DNA of 64,000 nucleotides, taken from assembly GCA_020072965.1 (NCBI GenBank), contig JAIQFY010000022.1, positions 10,891 through 74,890 on the forward strand, read 5' to 3'. The notes under the pieces were generated by a model that searched no databases, had not been told where the DNA came from, and saw only the letters and a program-made list of their open reading frames with translations. The position numbers and the translations under genes were made by a program. Shown one piece after another: positions 9,800-19,386 of the stretch; position 1 is the stretch's first letter; each line of letters starts with the position of its first letter. The stretch is from Terriglobia bacterium. GTDB lineage: Bacteria > Acidobacteriota > Terriglobia > JAIQFV01.

Positions 9800-10783
9800 C
9801 TAATTGGTGATTACGGCCCGGAAGCGCACCTTACCGTTTGCCACTCGATCGTACGCCTTCCCAATGTCATCCAATTTGTAAGTCTCCTCGATCACCTTTA
9901 CTTTACCCTTTGCCGCGTAATCGAGCGCTTCGAAAAGATACTCCGGCTGGTTTTGGGTGGAGCCCAGGATCCTCCCCCGCGTGAAGATCAGTTCAGCGGT
10001 CACCTCGAGGGTTTCATTCGATGCCCCCATCAGAACCAATCTGCCATCAGGTCGCAATCCTTTTAGTGCGTTGGAGGTGGCCTTATAGGAGTTGCTGGTT
10101 GCCAGAATGACATCCGCTCCTCCAGCGGCCCGCAGGGACTCCCCGTCGGCAACCACTTCGTCGGCGCCCAGTTCGCGGATGAACTTCTCCTTGTCTTTGG
10201 AGTGTGTGATGGCCACGGTTTCAAATCCCGCCGCCCGGGAGTATTGCAGCCCGAGATGGCCCAGCCCCCCGATGCCAAGCACCGCAATTCGCTCGTGGGG
10301 CCGAGGATGAGCCCAGCGGAGTCCGCTCCAGACGGTATAGCCGGCGCAGAAGATGGGAGCAGCCTGTTCGTAGGATAAACCTTCAGGCAACAGCATCGTC
10401 GAGTCGGCATAGGCAACCATGTACTCCGCATGACTCCCCTGAGTTTGAATTCCCGTGGCCACTTGTTCCGCACAGAAATTCGGCTTGCCGCGGAGACACC
10501 ATTCACAGCGACCGCAGGATGCCTGCACCCAGGGAACCCCGACGCGATCTCCCGTTTTCCGCGTTCGCACCCCCGGGCCCATCTCTACGACCTCTCCGAC
10601 CGGCTCGTGACCCAAAGTGCGAGGAAACTGGGTGGGCAACATCCCTTCGGTGATATGGACGTCTGTGTAACAAAGGCCGCTGGCATGAATCTTGATCAGG
10701 ACTTGATTTGCACCCGGCTTGGGCGTAGGAATCTCTTTTACCTCCCACTTTCCGTGAATGGCGGGAACTACAGCTGCTTTCAT
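9800..10783 (-). CDS. Zinc-dependent alcohol dehydrogenase (MDR family)
   Basis: GLCYTD, GHE, CGRCEWC...C structural zinc site, GIGGLG NAD(P)-binding motif. Confidence 0.93.
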   Translation of the reverse strand: MKAAVVPAIHGKWEVKEIPTPKPGANQVLIKIHASGLCYTDVHITEGMLPTQFPRTLGHEPVGEVVEMGPGVRTRKTGDRVGVPWVQASCGRCEWCLRGKPNFCAEQVATGIQTQGSHAEYMVAYADSTMLLPEGLSYEQAAPIFCAGYTVWSGLRWAHPRPHERIAVLGIGGLGHLGLQYSRAAGFETVAITHSKDKEKFIRELGADEVVADGESLRAAGGADVILATSNSYKATSNALKGLRPDGRLVLMGASNETLEVTAELIFTRGRILGSTQNQPEYLFEALDYAAKGKVKVIEETYKLDDIGKAYDRVANGKVRFRAVITN

Positions 10784-10857
10784 TGCTATGACTCCTTCCT
10801 GTTAAGTGAATAGTTTCGAGTTAATTTCACAGCTAATGGAGTTGCAGTCGTGATCGA

Positions 10858-11919
10858 TTACTCCGGGTCGCTTCCAATTAACCGGGCCTCCCCAGCGATG
10901 ATCGTGAGATTGATCTTTTCGGTCCTTCGGAGAACGGTAAGAGGCGTCTGGACGCCGACTCTTTCCTGTGTAAGAAGCCGGTGCAAGTCATCGATCCCGC
11001 CGACGGGTTGGTTGTCAAACGCGACGATCACATCGCCCTCTTCGACCCCGGCCTTGTGCGCGGGACGGCCGGGTTCCACTGAGGCCACAAGAACACCGCT
11101 CTCCCCCGGCAGAGTGTGAAAGCGGACGGCCCTGCGATGGAGAGTCACGAGCTGTCCTGTTACGCCAATGTAGCTTCGCCGGACCCTCCCATTCTTGATG
11201 AGTTGAGCGGCAACCAATTTTGCGGTGTTCACCGCAATGGCAAAGCAAATCCCCTGGGCCGGGAGGATGACCGCTGTGTTCACCCCGATGACCTCCGCCC
11301 GCGAGGTGACCAGCGGCCCGCCTGAGTTGCCCGGGTTCAGGGCGGCATCCGTTTGGATGATATTCTCAATGAGCCGCCCCGACCGTGACCGGAGGGACCG
11401 ACCGAGGGCGCTGACCACTCCGGTCGTCACCGTGCACTGAAAACCATATGGATTGCCGATGGCGACGACCAGTTGCCCGGCCTTGATCGATTGCGAATCT
11501 CCAAGAACTGCCGGCAGTAAGTTCGGCGCTTGAATCCTGATGACGGCCAGGTCGGTCTCCGGATCATCCCCGACCATCTCTGCCTCGAATTTCCTTCCAT
11601 CTGAAAGGACCGCCTCCAGGCCGCTTGCCTGATGAACAACGTGGCTGTTGGTCAAAATAAAGCCGTCGGGCGTGAAGACAAATCCCGATCCGCTGCCGCG
11701 CAGTCCCTGTGGAAACCGGCGACCGGAAAAACCACGGGTTCGAGCCCTCGGCTGAACGTTGATGTTGACCACCGAAGGGCTGACTCTTTCGGCCACGCGA
11801 ATCACCGCCTGTGAATACGCATCCAGCAGACCTTCATCCGCGGCCCCGGAGGTGGGCAGGGGGTGCATCTTTCCGGGTTCGAATTCATTTGTGATGGGAA
11901 CAGGGATAATCTCATTCAT
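10858..11919 (-). CDS. HtrA/DegP-type trypsin serine protease with one PDZ domain
   Basis: TNSHVV, DLAVI, TDAALNPGNSGGPL, C-terminal PDZ (RPAHKAGVEEGDVIVAF). ATG 11919 follows GAAGGAG. Confidence 0.92.
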   Translation of the reverse strand: MNEIIPVPITNEFEPGKMHPLPTSGAADEGLLDAYSQAVIRVAERVSPSVVNINVQPRARTRGFSGRRFPQGLRGSGSGFVFTPDGFILTNSHVVHQASGLEAVLSDGRKFEAEMVGDDPETDLAVIRIQAPNLLPAVLGDSQSIKAGQLVVAIGNPYGFQCTVTTGVVSALGRSLRSRSGRLIENIIQTDAALNPGNSGGPLVTSRAEVIGVNTAVILPAQGICFAIAVNTAKLVAAQLIKNGRVRRSYIGVTGQLVTLHRRAVRFHTLPGESGVLVASVEPGRPAHKAGVEEGDVIVAFDNQPVGGIDDLHRLLTQERVGVQTPLTVLRRTEKINLTIIAGEARLIGSDPE

Positions 11920-12045
11920 ATAAACTGCTCCTTCCATTCAACATATCCGTGAGTGAGGGAAACCATTACCACGAAGATTTCAGGTTGTGAAGAGGGCACT
12001 TTGGGGTGTTATACTCACCTCAAAGTTACCAAGCAGGAGAAACTC

Positions 12046-12441
12046 ATGATGCGGAGACGCGCGAAGTGTCCGGCAGAGATTACGTTAAGCGTGATCGGGG
12101 GCCGATGGAAGGTCCCGATTCTCTACCATCTTTTTCAGGGTGTGAAAAGGTTTTCGGAGTTGCAGCGGAGCGTGAGCGGTGTCACTCAGAAGGTCTTGAC
12201 TCAACAGCTTCGCGAGATGGAAAGGGACAGGATACTTCACCGCGAGGTCTACGCGCAGGTCCCGCCCAAGGTGGAATACTCCCTGACCGACCTGGGCAAG
12301 AGCCTGAAGCCGGTCATCGATGCCATGTGTGAATGGGGAGGGGTGTTCGCCACGGGAAAGCAGCCCCCGGACTCCGTTGGGTTCTCCCTGCCTCCCACCC
12401 CCTTACCTCGAAAGGCTCCCGAAAAGGAATTCCGGCAATGA
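12046..12441 (+). CDS. HxlR-family winged-helix transcriptional regulator
   Basis: CPAEITLSVIGGRWK...RFSELQR...KVLTQQLREME...VPPKVEYSLT. ATG 12046 follows AGGAGA. Confidence 0.92.
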   Translation: MMRRRAKCPAEITLSVIGGRWKVPILYHLFQGVKRFSELQRSVSGVTQKVLTQQLREMERDRILHREVYAQVPPKVEYSLTDLGKSLKPVIDAMCEWGGVFATGKQPPDSVGFSLPPTPLPRKAPEKEFRQ

Positions 12442-12530
12442 GCTGTCTGGATATTGCCCCAGAGGGTTGTGGGTGAGAGTGATTTGTAACAAATGTGAAT
12501 GGGACTTTCTTTATCGGCGCGGATGAAGGC

Positions 12531-14528
12531 TCAGGAGATAGGCGGATCCGCCACTGTGGAAGCACGGTCCTCGCTTGTGTAACGAATGACTCCAGAATCA
12601 TCAGTGATGAAGCTTCGCTCGCCGGTCACTCCAAATATTATTGGTCGAGCGCTGAGCATGTAATGAGTGATGTGGTTGTTCGCATCCGGGGGTCCGGGTG
12701 TAAGAACAAAGACATACCCGTTATGTTCGCCGCTTGCGAGCACCTGGTCGATTAAGCCGGCCCCGTTGGGACCCAATTCCTCAAGCTTGCTTGCAAAATC
12801 CCCGTTGGGATCTCCACCCCAGTAAGTGACTTGAGCGGTGTTGATCGTTCTCAAATTACTTACGCAAGCCTCTTCGTTCAAACTGGCTCGACGAAGTGGG
12901 TCAGAACTTGCATCCGCTAACAACATGAGACGTTTTGTATACAGCCGATCCAGCAATTCAAACGCCTCCTGGTGCAGACCAGACGCTGGATTGATCTGTG
13001 TCCCGAGCTCAAGATAAGCTCCGGTCGGGGAATCGTAGGCCGGCCACGTGGACAGCCCGGGCATATTTGGATCTCCCGTCTTCGCGAACTGCACCCAATA
13101 GCTGCGCAAGGCCTCAGCTAAACTGTCGCCTGCCTTATCCCTGGGCATCCGGGGAGAGTTGAACAGTAGCCACACGTCAATCCCGTGGAATGCTCCCAAC
13201 TGCTGACCCCCCTGGCCGGGAAACGCCCAAGTCACCTGATAGAGATAGGCCCGACTTTTCATCACCTGCGTCGCCCGCGCTGCCCAGCGGGCTGGGGCAA
13301 CCATCTCCAGCTCGGTCGCTGCTCGTATGAAGGACTGCGTGGCATCCGTCGAAGACGGCGTGGCATATATCCGCAATACATCATCACCGATGGGCGCGAA
13401 GGAGTGTCTTACCCACTCGCGAAACGCATCAGAAGTTCGTTCCGGAATCAACGCGATCAGGTTGCTGAACTCCCGTTCCGTGCTGCCGACAATGATCGGC
13501 ATATCAGCCTGTTGTCCCCGCCCGAACATGTATAGCGGCTGGTCCGGAATGACCCAGCCATCTACAACAGCGCCATAGGGGCCGTTATTCTTAACCAGTT
13601 GATCGGCCGGGATCAAACGCAGGTTTTTGACTGCAGCCGACCCATCCCCGGCAGCAAGCTTTAGTGCCAGGTTTACCCCGAGCTTCTCAGCCGAGGCCTT
13701 CCCCCCAATAGAAGGATGCACACTCTCGAGGAGATCAAACGGCACCCCGCTTTGCATGATCGCACGATGGAATAAGCCTCGTGCCAGCGGCGAGACCATC
13801 AGACAGCCGACATATTCGCCGCCGGACGAATGACCGAAGACGGTAACTCTGGTGGGATCGCCACCAAATTGCGCGATATTCCGGCAAACCCATTGAAGAG
13901 CCGCAATCTGGTCCAGCAATCCATAGTTGCCGGAAGAGTGATGCGGAGACTCAGCAGTAAGTGCAGGATGGGACATCCATCCCAGCACACCCAATCGGTA
14001 GTTAATCGTGACGACGACCACGCCCTTGAGCGCAAGGGTTGCTCCATCCTCGTCCCCGCGGCCTATCACGCCACTGCCCCCGTGAATGAAGACCATCACC
14101 GGGTACAGCTCTTTGCGGTCCTGGCGCGTCGTCATCACATTCAAGTACAAACAATCTTCGCTGGTTCTACCGAGGGGTGTCACCACGGATGGATCGCCGC
14201 CGAGAGTGGTCATGATCCGCTGGCGAGCCCTGAACATGAAATCCGGTTGGGGACAGGCAGGCCCCAATTCGTCTGCTTTCCGCGTACCGTCCCAGCGGGT
14301 CGGAGGCTGAGGCGGCTTCCAACGAAGCTCACCCACTGGTGGGGCTGCATAGGGAATCCCCAGGAACGAAACCAGCGGGGGATAGGCAGGAGAATGGGTG
14401 CCCTCGACGAGCCCGCTGTCGATCTTTACGACGGCTCCTCTGTTGCGCTGATTCGCTTGGTCAGAAGCCGCAACAACACTGCAAACTGAGAACCAGGTTA
14501 TCAGGACTAGTCCGATATGGCGTTTCAT
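12531..14528 (-). CDS. Secreted type-B carboxylesterase with a C-terminal pilin-like domain
   Basis: Signal peptide, FLGIPYAAPPVGELRW, SEDCLYLNV, HGG, GHSSGG, catalytic E (GSTERE) and H (GAFHG), plus an extra ~115-aa C-terminal domain. ATG 14528 follows GGAAGGAG. Confidence 0.9.
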   Translation of the reverse strand: MKRHIGLVLITWFSVCSVVAASDQANQRNRGAVVKIDSGLVEGTHSPAYPPLVSFLGIPYAAPPVGELRWKPPQPPTRWDGTRKADELGPACPQPDFMFRARQRIMTTLGGDPSVVTPLGRTSEDCLYLNVMTTRQDRKELYPVMVFIHGGSGVIGRGDEDGATLALKGVVVVTINYRLGVLGWMSHPALTAESPHHSSGNYGLLDQIAALQWVCRNIAQFGGDPTRVTVFGHSSGGEYVGCLMVSPLARGLFHRAIMQSGVPFDLLESVHPSIGGKASAEKLGVNLALKLAAGDGSAAVKNLRLIPADQLVKNNGPYGAVVDGWVIPDQPLYMFGRGQQADMPIIVGSTEREFSNLIALIPERTSDAFREWVRHSFAPIGDDVLRIYATPSSTDATQSFIRAATELEMVAPARWAARATQVMKSRAYLYQVTWAFPGQGGQQLGAFHGIDVWLLFNSPRMPRDKAGDSLAEALRSYWVQFAKTGDPNMPGLSTWPAYDSPTGAYLELGTQINPASGLHQEAFELLDRLYTKRLMLLADASSDPLRRASLNEEACVSNLRTINTAQVTYWGGDPNGDFASKLEELGPNGAGLIDQVLASGEHNGYVFVLTPGPPDANNHITHYMLSARPIIFGVTGERSFITDDSGVIRYTSEDRASTVADPPIS

Positions 14529-14778
14529 GATCTCCTTCCACCCAGTATTCTGGTGCGAACCCTGAGTTGCGAAGAACAGTAAACCTGAGATCGGATTTTG
14601 CGGCCAGGATGGATTCCAGTTTAGTCGGCTACTTCGCTGGAAATTGTTTTCTCGGAAACTGACCATCAGCCAATAAAGATTGGGTATAAGGCTGCAGAAT
14701 TTACTGATGACTTCCGCCGTTAAATTGGTCCGATCAGGGGGAATGGAGGGTATTATCTGCTGTTTCTATCAAGTCATT

Positions 14779-16698
14779 TCATTGCGCAGCACTGATCCGG
14801 ATCTTGTCTCCCACCCGAAGTTGCCGGACATTGCGGATCCCGTTGATTTGCTTCAAGGTCTCCACCGTCGTATTGTAGTTTTGGGCGATGGAGAAAAGCG
14901 TCTCTCCAGGGCGGACACTGTGGACAACCGTCCCTGCTTGGTTCGAGGAAACGGTTTTCCGAGAGGCGCTTTGAGAGGGCGCCTTCCCGTGCCCACCGGG
15001 CTTACCTGCGACCCCACTCGGCCTGTCCTCAGCCGACACACGAACCGTCAGTCGCTGGCCGGGACGGATCTTGGCGTTCACTCTCAGCCGGTTCCACTTC
15101 CGAAGCTCGCTTTGCGTCACGTCGTACCTTGCCGCGATTATTGCAAGGGTCTCTCCGCGGTCCACCCGGTGTTTGACCACAGTTGTCTTTACGTTTGAGG
15201 AAGCGGCGGGAATGATAATCTTAGTTCCTTCCTCCAGCTTGGATCCCGGGGTCAACTCGTTAATTTGCGCAATAGCACTTACTGTAGTGCGGTATCTGCT
15301 CGCTACCGTGGAGAGCGTCTCTCCCGTTGTAACCCGATGACGACGCCAGAGCACGCGCTTGTCCTCCGGGATCGCGGCAATTTCCTGAATATACTTTTCT
15401 TTCGTTCCGAGAGGAAGATTGAGCTGGAAATCCGGCTCGTTGGGAGGGGTCGTCATCCGCAGAAGCTGTGGGTTTAAACTCTGGAGGTTCTCCACAGAGG
15501 TATCAATCGTTTCGGCGATCAGCCGCAGATCCGTGGGGATGGACACGGTCACTCGCTCGGTCATCAACGGAGGCAAGGGTTCCACTGTGAAGCCGTATTT
15601 TTCCGGGTTCTTGGCAATGATAGTGACGGCCAGGATGGCAGGAACATAATTCTCGGTTTGAAGGGGCAATACATGGTGCGCGACCATCTGCCAAAAATCG
15701 GCATAGCCGGACCGCTCGATGGCCCGTTGAACATTTCCCGGACCGCAGTTATAGGCCGCCATGGCCAGGTACCAGTCTTCATACTCTCCATAAAGGTCTT
15801 TCAAATGTTGGGCGGCGGCCCGGGTGGATTTTTCCGGATCCTGGCGTTCGTCGACCCACCAGTTCTGCACGAGCCCATACTCCGCGCCCCGGAAGGGCAC
15901 GAACTGCCAGATTCCTTTTGCCTTCTTATTGGACAATGCCAGCGGCTGGTATCCACTCTCCACTTGAGCCAGATAGATCAGGTCCTTCGGAACGCCCGTC
16001 TCGCGGAGAATTCGGTCGATCATGGGACGGAACGCCCCCACCCGCCGCAGGCCATTTTCCATAGTGCCGCGACCCCTCCCACGGGTAAAATAATCGAGAA
16101 AATTCAGCACCCGCTCGTTGACCGTGATCGGAAGGTCGTGGGATACCTCAGCCAATTCCTTTTCGGCAGTCGCCTTGAGTTTATCGTCAATCCTAGAAGG
16201 GAAGGTCTCGATGTCTAGTATTTCATCCGAGGGGGCCGGTTCATATTTCTGAGTGGTAAATCCATCGCCCTCCTTGAGGGCAATCACCTCGTAGGCGTGA
16301 ATGCGGTCAATCAGGCTGTCGAACTCTTTCTCAAGCCGTTCGTCCGAATGTAATGTAAGGGATGATTGCAGCATGGTGTCGACGGCGCGGTCAAACGACT
16401 TCTTAGCTCGATCCAGATGGCCCTGATGGTAGTCTTGTTCTCCCTCCCGGAAGTCTTCCTCGGCCTGCTCAATGATTTGTCTGACGGCGTCGAAGGGTGC
16501 GAGAGTCAAATCCACCGACAGGGGATAACTACCCGGCACCGGCAGTCTTGAAAGGAGGGGGGAGGGCACCGAAATGACGGGCGGACTTGCGATCGGCTTT
16601 TTCCTGGCACCCGCGCTGTCACAGGAGGCAAAGGCCCAGGCTAAGCAAACAAGGAGGAGGAATTCGGTCGTTGTTACCGTTCTCTTGAAGGATACCAT
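14779..16698 (-). CDS. mltD: MltD-like lytic transglycosylase with three LysM domains
   Basis: LAQVESGY, GIWQF, AAYNCGPG, TENYVP; three LysM repeats (HRVTTGETL, HRVDRGETL, HSVRPGETL). Confidence 0.88.
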   Translation of the reverse strand: MVSFKRTVTTTEFLLLVCLAWAFASCDSAGARKKPIASPPVISVPSPLLSRLPVPGSYPLSVDLTLAPFDAVRQIIEQAEEDFREGEQDYHQGHLDRAKKSFDRAVDTMLQSSLTLHSDERLEKEFDSLIDRIHAYEVIALKEGDGFTTQKYEPAPSDEILDIETFPSRIDDKLKATAEKELAEVSHDLPITVNERVLNFLDYFTRGRGRGTMENGLRRVGAFRPMIDRILRETGVPKDLIYLAQVESGYQPLALSNKKAKGIWQFVPFRGAEYGLVQNWWVDERQDPEKSTRAAAQHLKDLYGEYEDWYLAMAAYNCGPGNVQRAIERSGYADFWQMVAHHVLPLQTENYVPAILAVTIIAKNPEKYGFTVEPLPPLMTERVTVSIPTDLRLIAETIDTSVENLQSLNPQLLRMTTPPNEPDFQLNLPLGTKEKYIQEIAAIPEDKRVLWRRHRVTTGETLSTVASRYRTTVSAIAQINELTPGSKLEEGTKIIIPAASSNVKTTVVKHRVDRGETLAIIAARYDVTQSELRKWNRLRVNAKIRPGQRLTVRVSAEDRPSGVAGKPGGHGKAPSQSASRKTVSSNQAGTVVHSVRPGETLFSIAQNYNTTVETLKQINGIRNVRQLRVGDKIRISAAQ

Positions 16699-16740
16699 CT
16701 AGCAATGAGTCCGCACTCAATCCGACGAAAAACAGGGCTA

Positions 16741-16769
16741 ATCTTACACGACCCCCCCGGGAGAGTCAA
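16741..16769 (-). promoter_or_regulatory. sigma70 promoter of the mltD-like gene
   Basis: Minus strand TTGACT-N17-TAAGAT. Confidence 0.6.
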
Positions 16770-17028
16770 TTTTGATGGCAATACTCCGCGTTATTGAACA
16801 ACCAAAATAAATCCCCCTGAATCTATGTGCATAGCTAAGGAATTAGCGAAGGTCTTGAGTTATACGAAACCCGAAGTGGAGTACAATAAGCATGCCAAAT
16901 GAGGGCTGCCAAGGCAAGGTTCAGGGGAGGATCGAATTAGGGCGGTTATTTAAACTCGAAGTACCCCAAACACATTAATGAGTGAGCAACTTGAAATGTT
17001 GGAGAGAATTCGAGAGACGGGAGGAGTT

Positions 17029-17907
17029 ATGTTGACAAAGAGGTGGCGCCAGATGCGCTTGCTACCGGTTCTCCTAACGGTAGTCGTCAGCATCGCTTTT
17101 GCACAGAGCCCCACAAAGGAACCACCGGTGAAAAAGGCGGAGGAAGTGAAAGAGGCCGGTGGGACACCCCCACCGACGCTACCTGCCCCGGAGGATCCGA
17201 GGGTGGAGCGCCGAGAAGTGATTGTTCCCTTAGGAACTCGCATCCCTCTGTCAGTGGTAAACTTTGTAAGTTCTCGAAACGCAAAGGCCGGGGATCCGGT
17301 GTACTTGGAGACAACGTTCCCAATTACAGTGGGCAATCGGGTGGTGATTCCAGTGGGCAGTTATGTCCGCGGGACCATCACTCAGGTTAAACCGTCGGGG
17401 CGTGTCAAAGGGCGCGCGGAGATGTACCTCCGTTTCGAGAGTCTCACGCTGCCCAATGGAACGACCAGGGAATTTACGGCCACGGTCTCTCAGGCAGACG
17501 CTCGAATCCCTGGAGATTTGAAAGAAGGGAAAATTGAAGCCGCAGGGACAAAAGCCCGGGATGCCGGGACTATTGCCGCCGCCGGGGCTGCCGGGACTTC
17601 AATTGGTGCCATTGCGGGCGGGGCCTCAGGCCACGCCGGTACGGGCACAGCCATCGGTGCCGGGGCAGGAGCCGTGGCAGGGCTGATCGTGGCCTTGGCG
17701 CAGCACGGCAATGAGATCGACCTCTATCGCGGGACGGAAGTGGACATGACCTTGGATCGGAATCTGGTCTTTGATGAGGGCGAACTGACGCGCTTTGTGC
17801 GCGACCCCACCAGTGACCGGTATTCCGAACGCCCCGGTCCGCTGCCGCGGCAGGGCGGAGCAGACCCGCGTGATAGTGGTCGCAAAGGGCTCCCTTATCC
17901 ATTCTAG
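17029..17907 (+). CDS. Secreted/envelope protein with a TrbI/VirB10-like beta domain and glycine zipper
   Basis: Signal peptide, Pro-rich linker, VIPVGSYVRGTI...GRVKGRAEMYLRF, GAAGTSIGAIAGG...GAGAGAVAG. ATG 17029 follows GGAGGAG. Confidence 0.6.
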   Translation: MLTKRWRQMRLLPVLLTVVVSIAFAQSPTKEPPVKKAEEVKEAGGTPPPTLPAPEDPRVERREVIVPLGTRIPLSVVNFVSSRNAKAGDPVYLETTFPITVGNRVVIPVGSYVRGTITQVKPSGRVKGRAEMYLRFESLTLPNGTTREFTATVSQADARIPGDLKEGKIEAAGTKARDAGTIAAAGAAGTSIGAIAGGASGHAGTGTAIGAGAGAVAGLIVALAQHGNEIDLYRGTEVDMTLDRNLVFDEGELTRFVRDPTSDRYSERPGPLPRQGGADPRDSGRKGLPYPF

Positions 17908-18007
17908 TGTCTCAGTACTCGAGACTGTGCAGAATGGCCCCTGCGGTCTGAGACCGAATTCGTCTCGATTTCGGAATGCGGAATGAAGCTCGGCTCGGCG
18001 ATTCTGA

Positions 18008-18036
18008 GTAGGCGTCGGCCCACCCTTGGCCGCTAC
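18008..18036. repeat. REP-like imperfect palindrome bounded by GTAG/CTAC
   Basis: GTAG-GCGT-CGGCC-CACCCTT-GGCCG-CTAC in a convergent intergenic region. Confidence 0.4.
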
Positions 18037-18125
18037 ATCGGGATTGAGAATGGCGAATAGGTTAGCCTAGAATTTCACTAGGATTTCAAATGGGCCAGCA
18101 ATCGCATCATGCGGTTGCTGGTTTC

Positions 18126-19370
18126 TTATTTTGTGAATGATTTGGCCGGCTTTGTCAGATGAGTCTTCGCGAGATCGCGGAAGACTTTGAACGCCGTGAA
18201 TTCCCTGTCTCCGAAGGTCATTCGGCCGAGCTCCACCGCAGACCAGACAAAATAGAGGATGGTGACAACGAGGTGCACGGAGAAGAAGGATTCACTGGGA
18301 GTCACCGCAGAAAAGACAAACTGCACAAACCAAAGGGTGAACAGAAGGCAGGCTTCATACCAGCTGAACCGCATGTTAATGAGGAGGACCAGCCCCAGGA
18401 GGGACTGCGATATTGTCAGAGCAATCTCTAGCTTGTGGTGGGCACTGAAAGGAATGGGGGTAGGCGTGCCCATCCGAATCGAATAGACGATCGGCAACAT
18501 GGCGGCCAATAAGGTCCACTGATTGATGTTCGAGGACACCATATTCATCAAGGCCAAAGGGGCGTTCCTGACGGTTCGCGCCCAATAAAGGGCTGACACT
18601 TTCTCCGGGAATTCCGATAGAAACGGGGCGACCCACTGGACAAAGACAAACTGGGATATTCCCGCCGAAACAGCGAGTACAAGCATGCTGTGGAGGAAGG
18701 GTTCGGCCACAAGATACATGATGAGGCCCCCCCCCAGAAAAAGACCGAGGATGGCCGTGTTTCTCGTCCGGCGCGAGGAGGTCATGATCTTCCGGGGCAC
18801 ATATTCAAGTTCCTCAATCTTCTCTTCGCTCTGGGGGGGAATCCTTTGAAGAATGTAAAGATACACGAAATAGATCGCGATCAGGATGACGCTGTCAAAG
18901 ATCGAGAGGGATCCCTTGATGAGGATGATGAAGAAATAAAGGATGGGCGCCGTCAGGGAAACGACCTCAACCGCGTGTTCCCGTTCAAGCACGATCTCAC
19001 GGAGGGGTTGTTTGGTCTTCCGGCGGTTGAAGAATGCCGCCGTAGCGTAAATCAACGGCCAGCCCAGCCCGACCAGGAGACGCAGCGAGCCGGTCAGATT
19101 GGCTGTCATCAGATCGACTCTCTTCTCCCAGGCAATGACGAACTCGACCGCGAATTCGGGCAACGTCTGGAGCCAGGCGAGGATGGCGAGCGCCAATCCC
19201 TGAGAGATCAGGAACTGAGCGGCTTCGGCGGCCCAGGCGATCATCAAGGAAGCCGCCAGCACGCTGGGGAACGTCCACAGGGCCGAGAGGGAGGACCCAG
19301 CAGCCGGAATCGCCGGAGGGGACTGGAACCGCACCAATCCAAGGAGGAGGAGATTGATTTTCTTTCTCAT
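18126..19370 (-). CDS. Cation:proton / Na+:Ca2+ antiporter (CaCA family)
   Basis: About 10 TM segments; alpha-repeat motifs TLPEFAVE...ANLTGS and SEFPEK...MVSSNINQ. Confidence 0.8.
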   Translation of the reverse strand: MRKKINLLLLGLVRFQSPPAIPAAGSSLSALWTFPSVLAASLMIAWAAEAAQFLISQGLALAILAWLQTLPEFAVEFVIAWEKRVDLMTANLTGSLRLLVGLGWPLIYATAAFFNRRKTKQPLREIVLEREHAVEVVSLTAPILYFFIILIKGSLSIFDSVILIAIYFVYLYILQRIPPQSEEKIEELEYVPRKIMTSSRRTRNTAILGLFLGGGLIMYLVAEPFLHSMLVLAVSAGISQFVFVQWVAPFLSEFPEKVSALYWARTVRNAPLALMNMVSSNINQWTLLAAMLPIVYSIRMGTPTPIPFSAHHKLEIALTISQSLLGLVLLINMRFSWYEACLLFTLWFVQFVFSAVTPSESFFSVHLVVTILYFVWSAVELGRMTFGDREFTAFKVFRDLAKTHLTKPAKSFTK

Positions 19371-19386
19371 TCAAGAAGGGCGGGTC

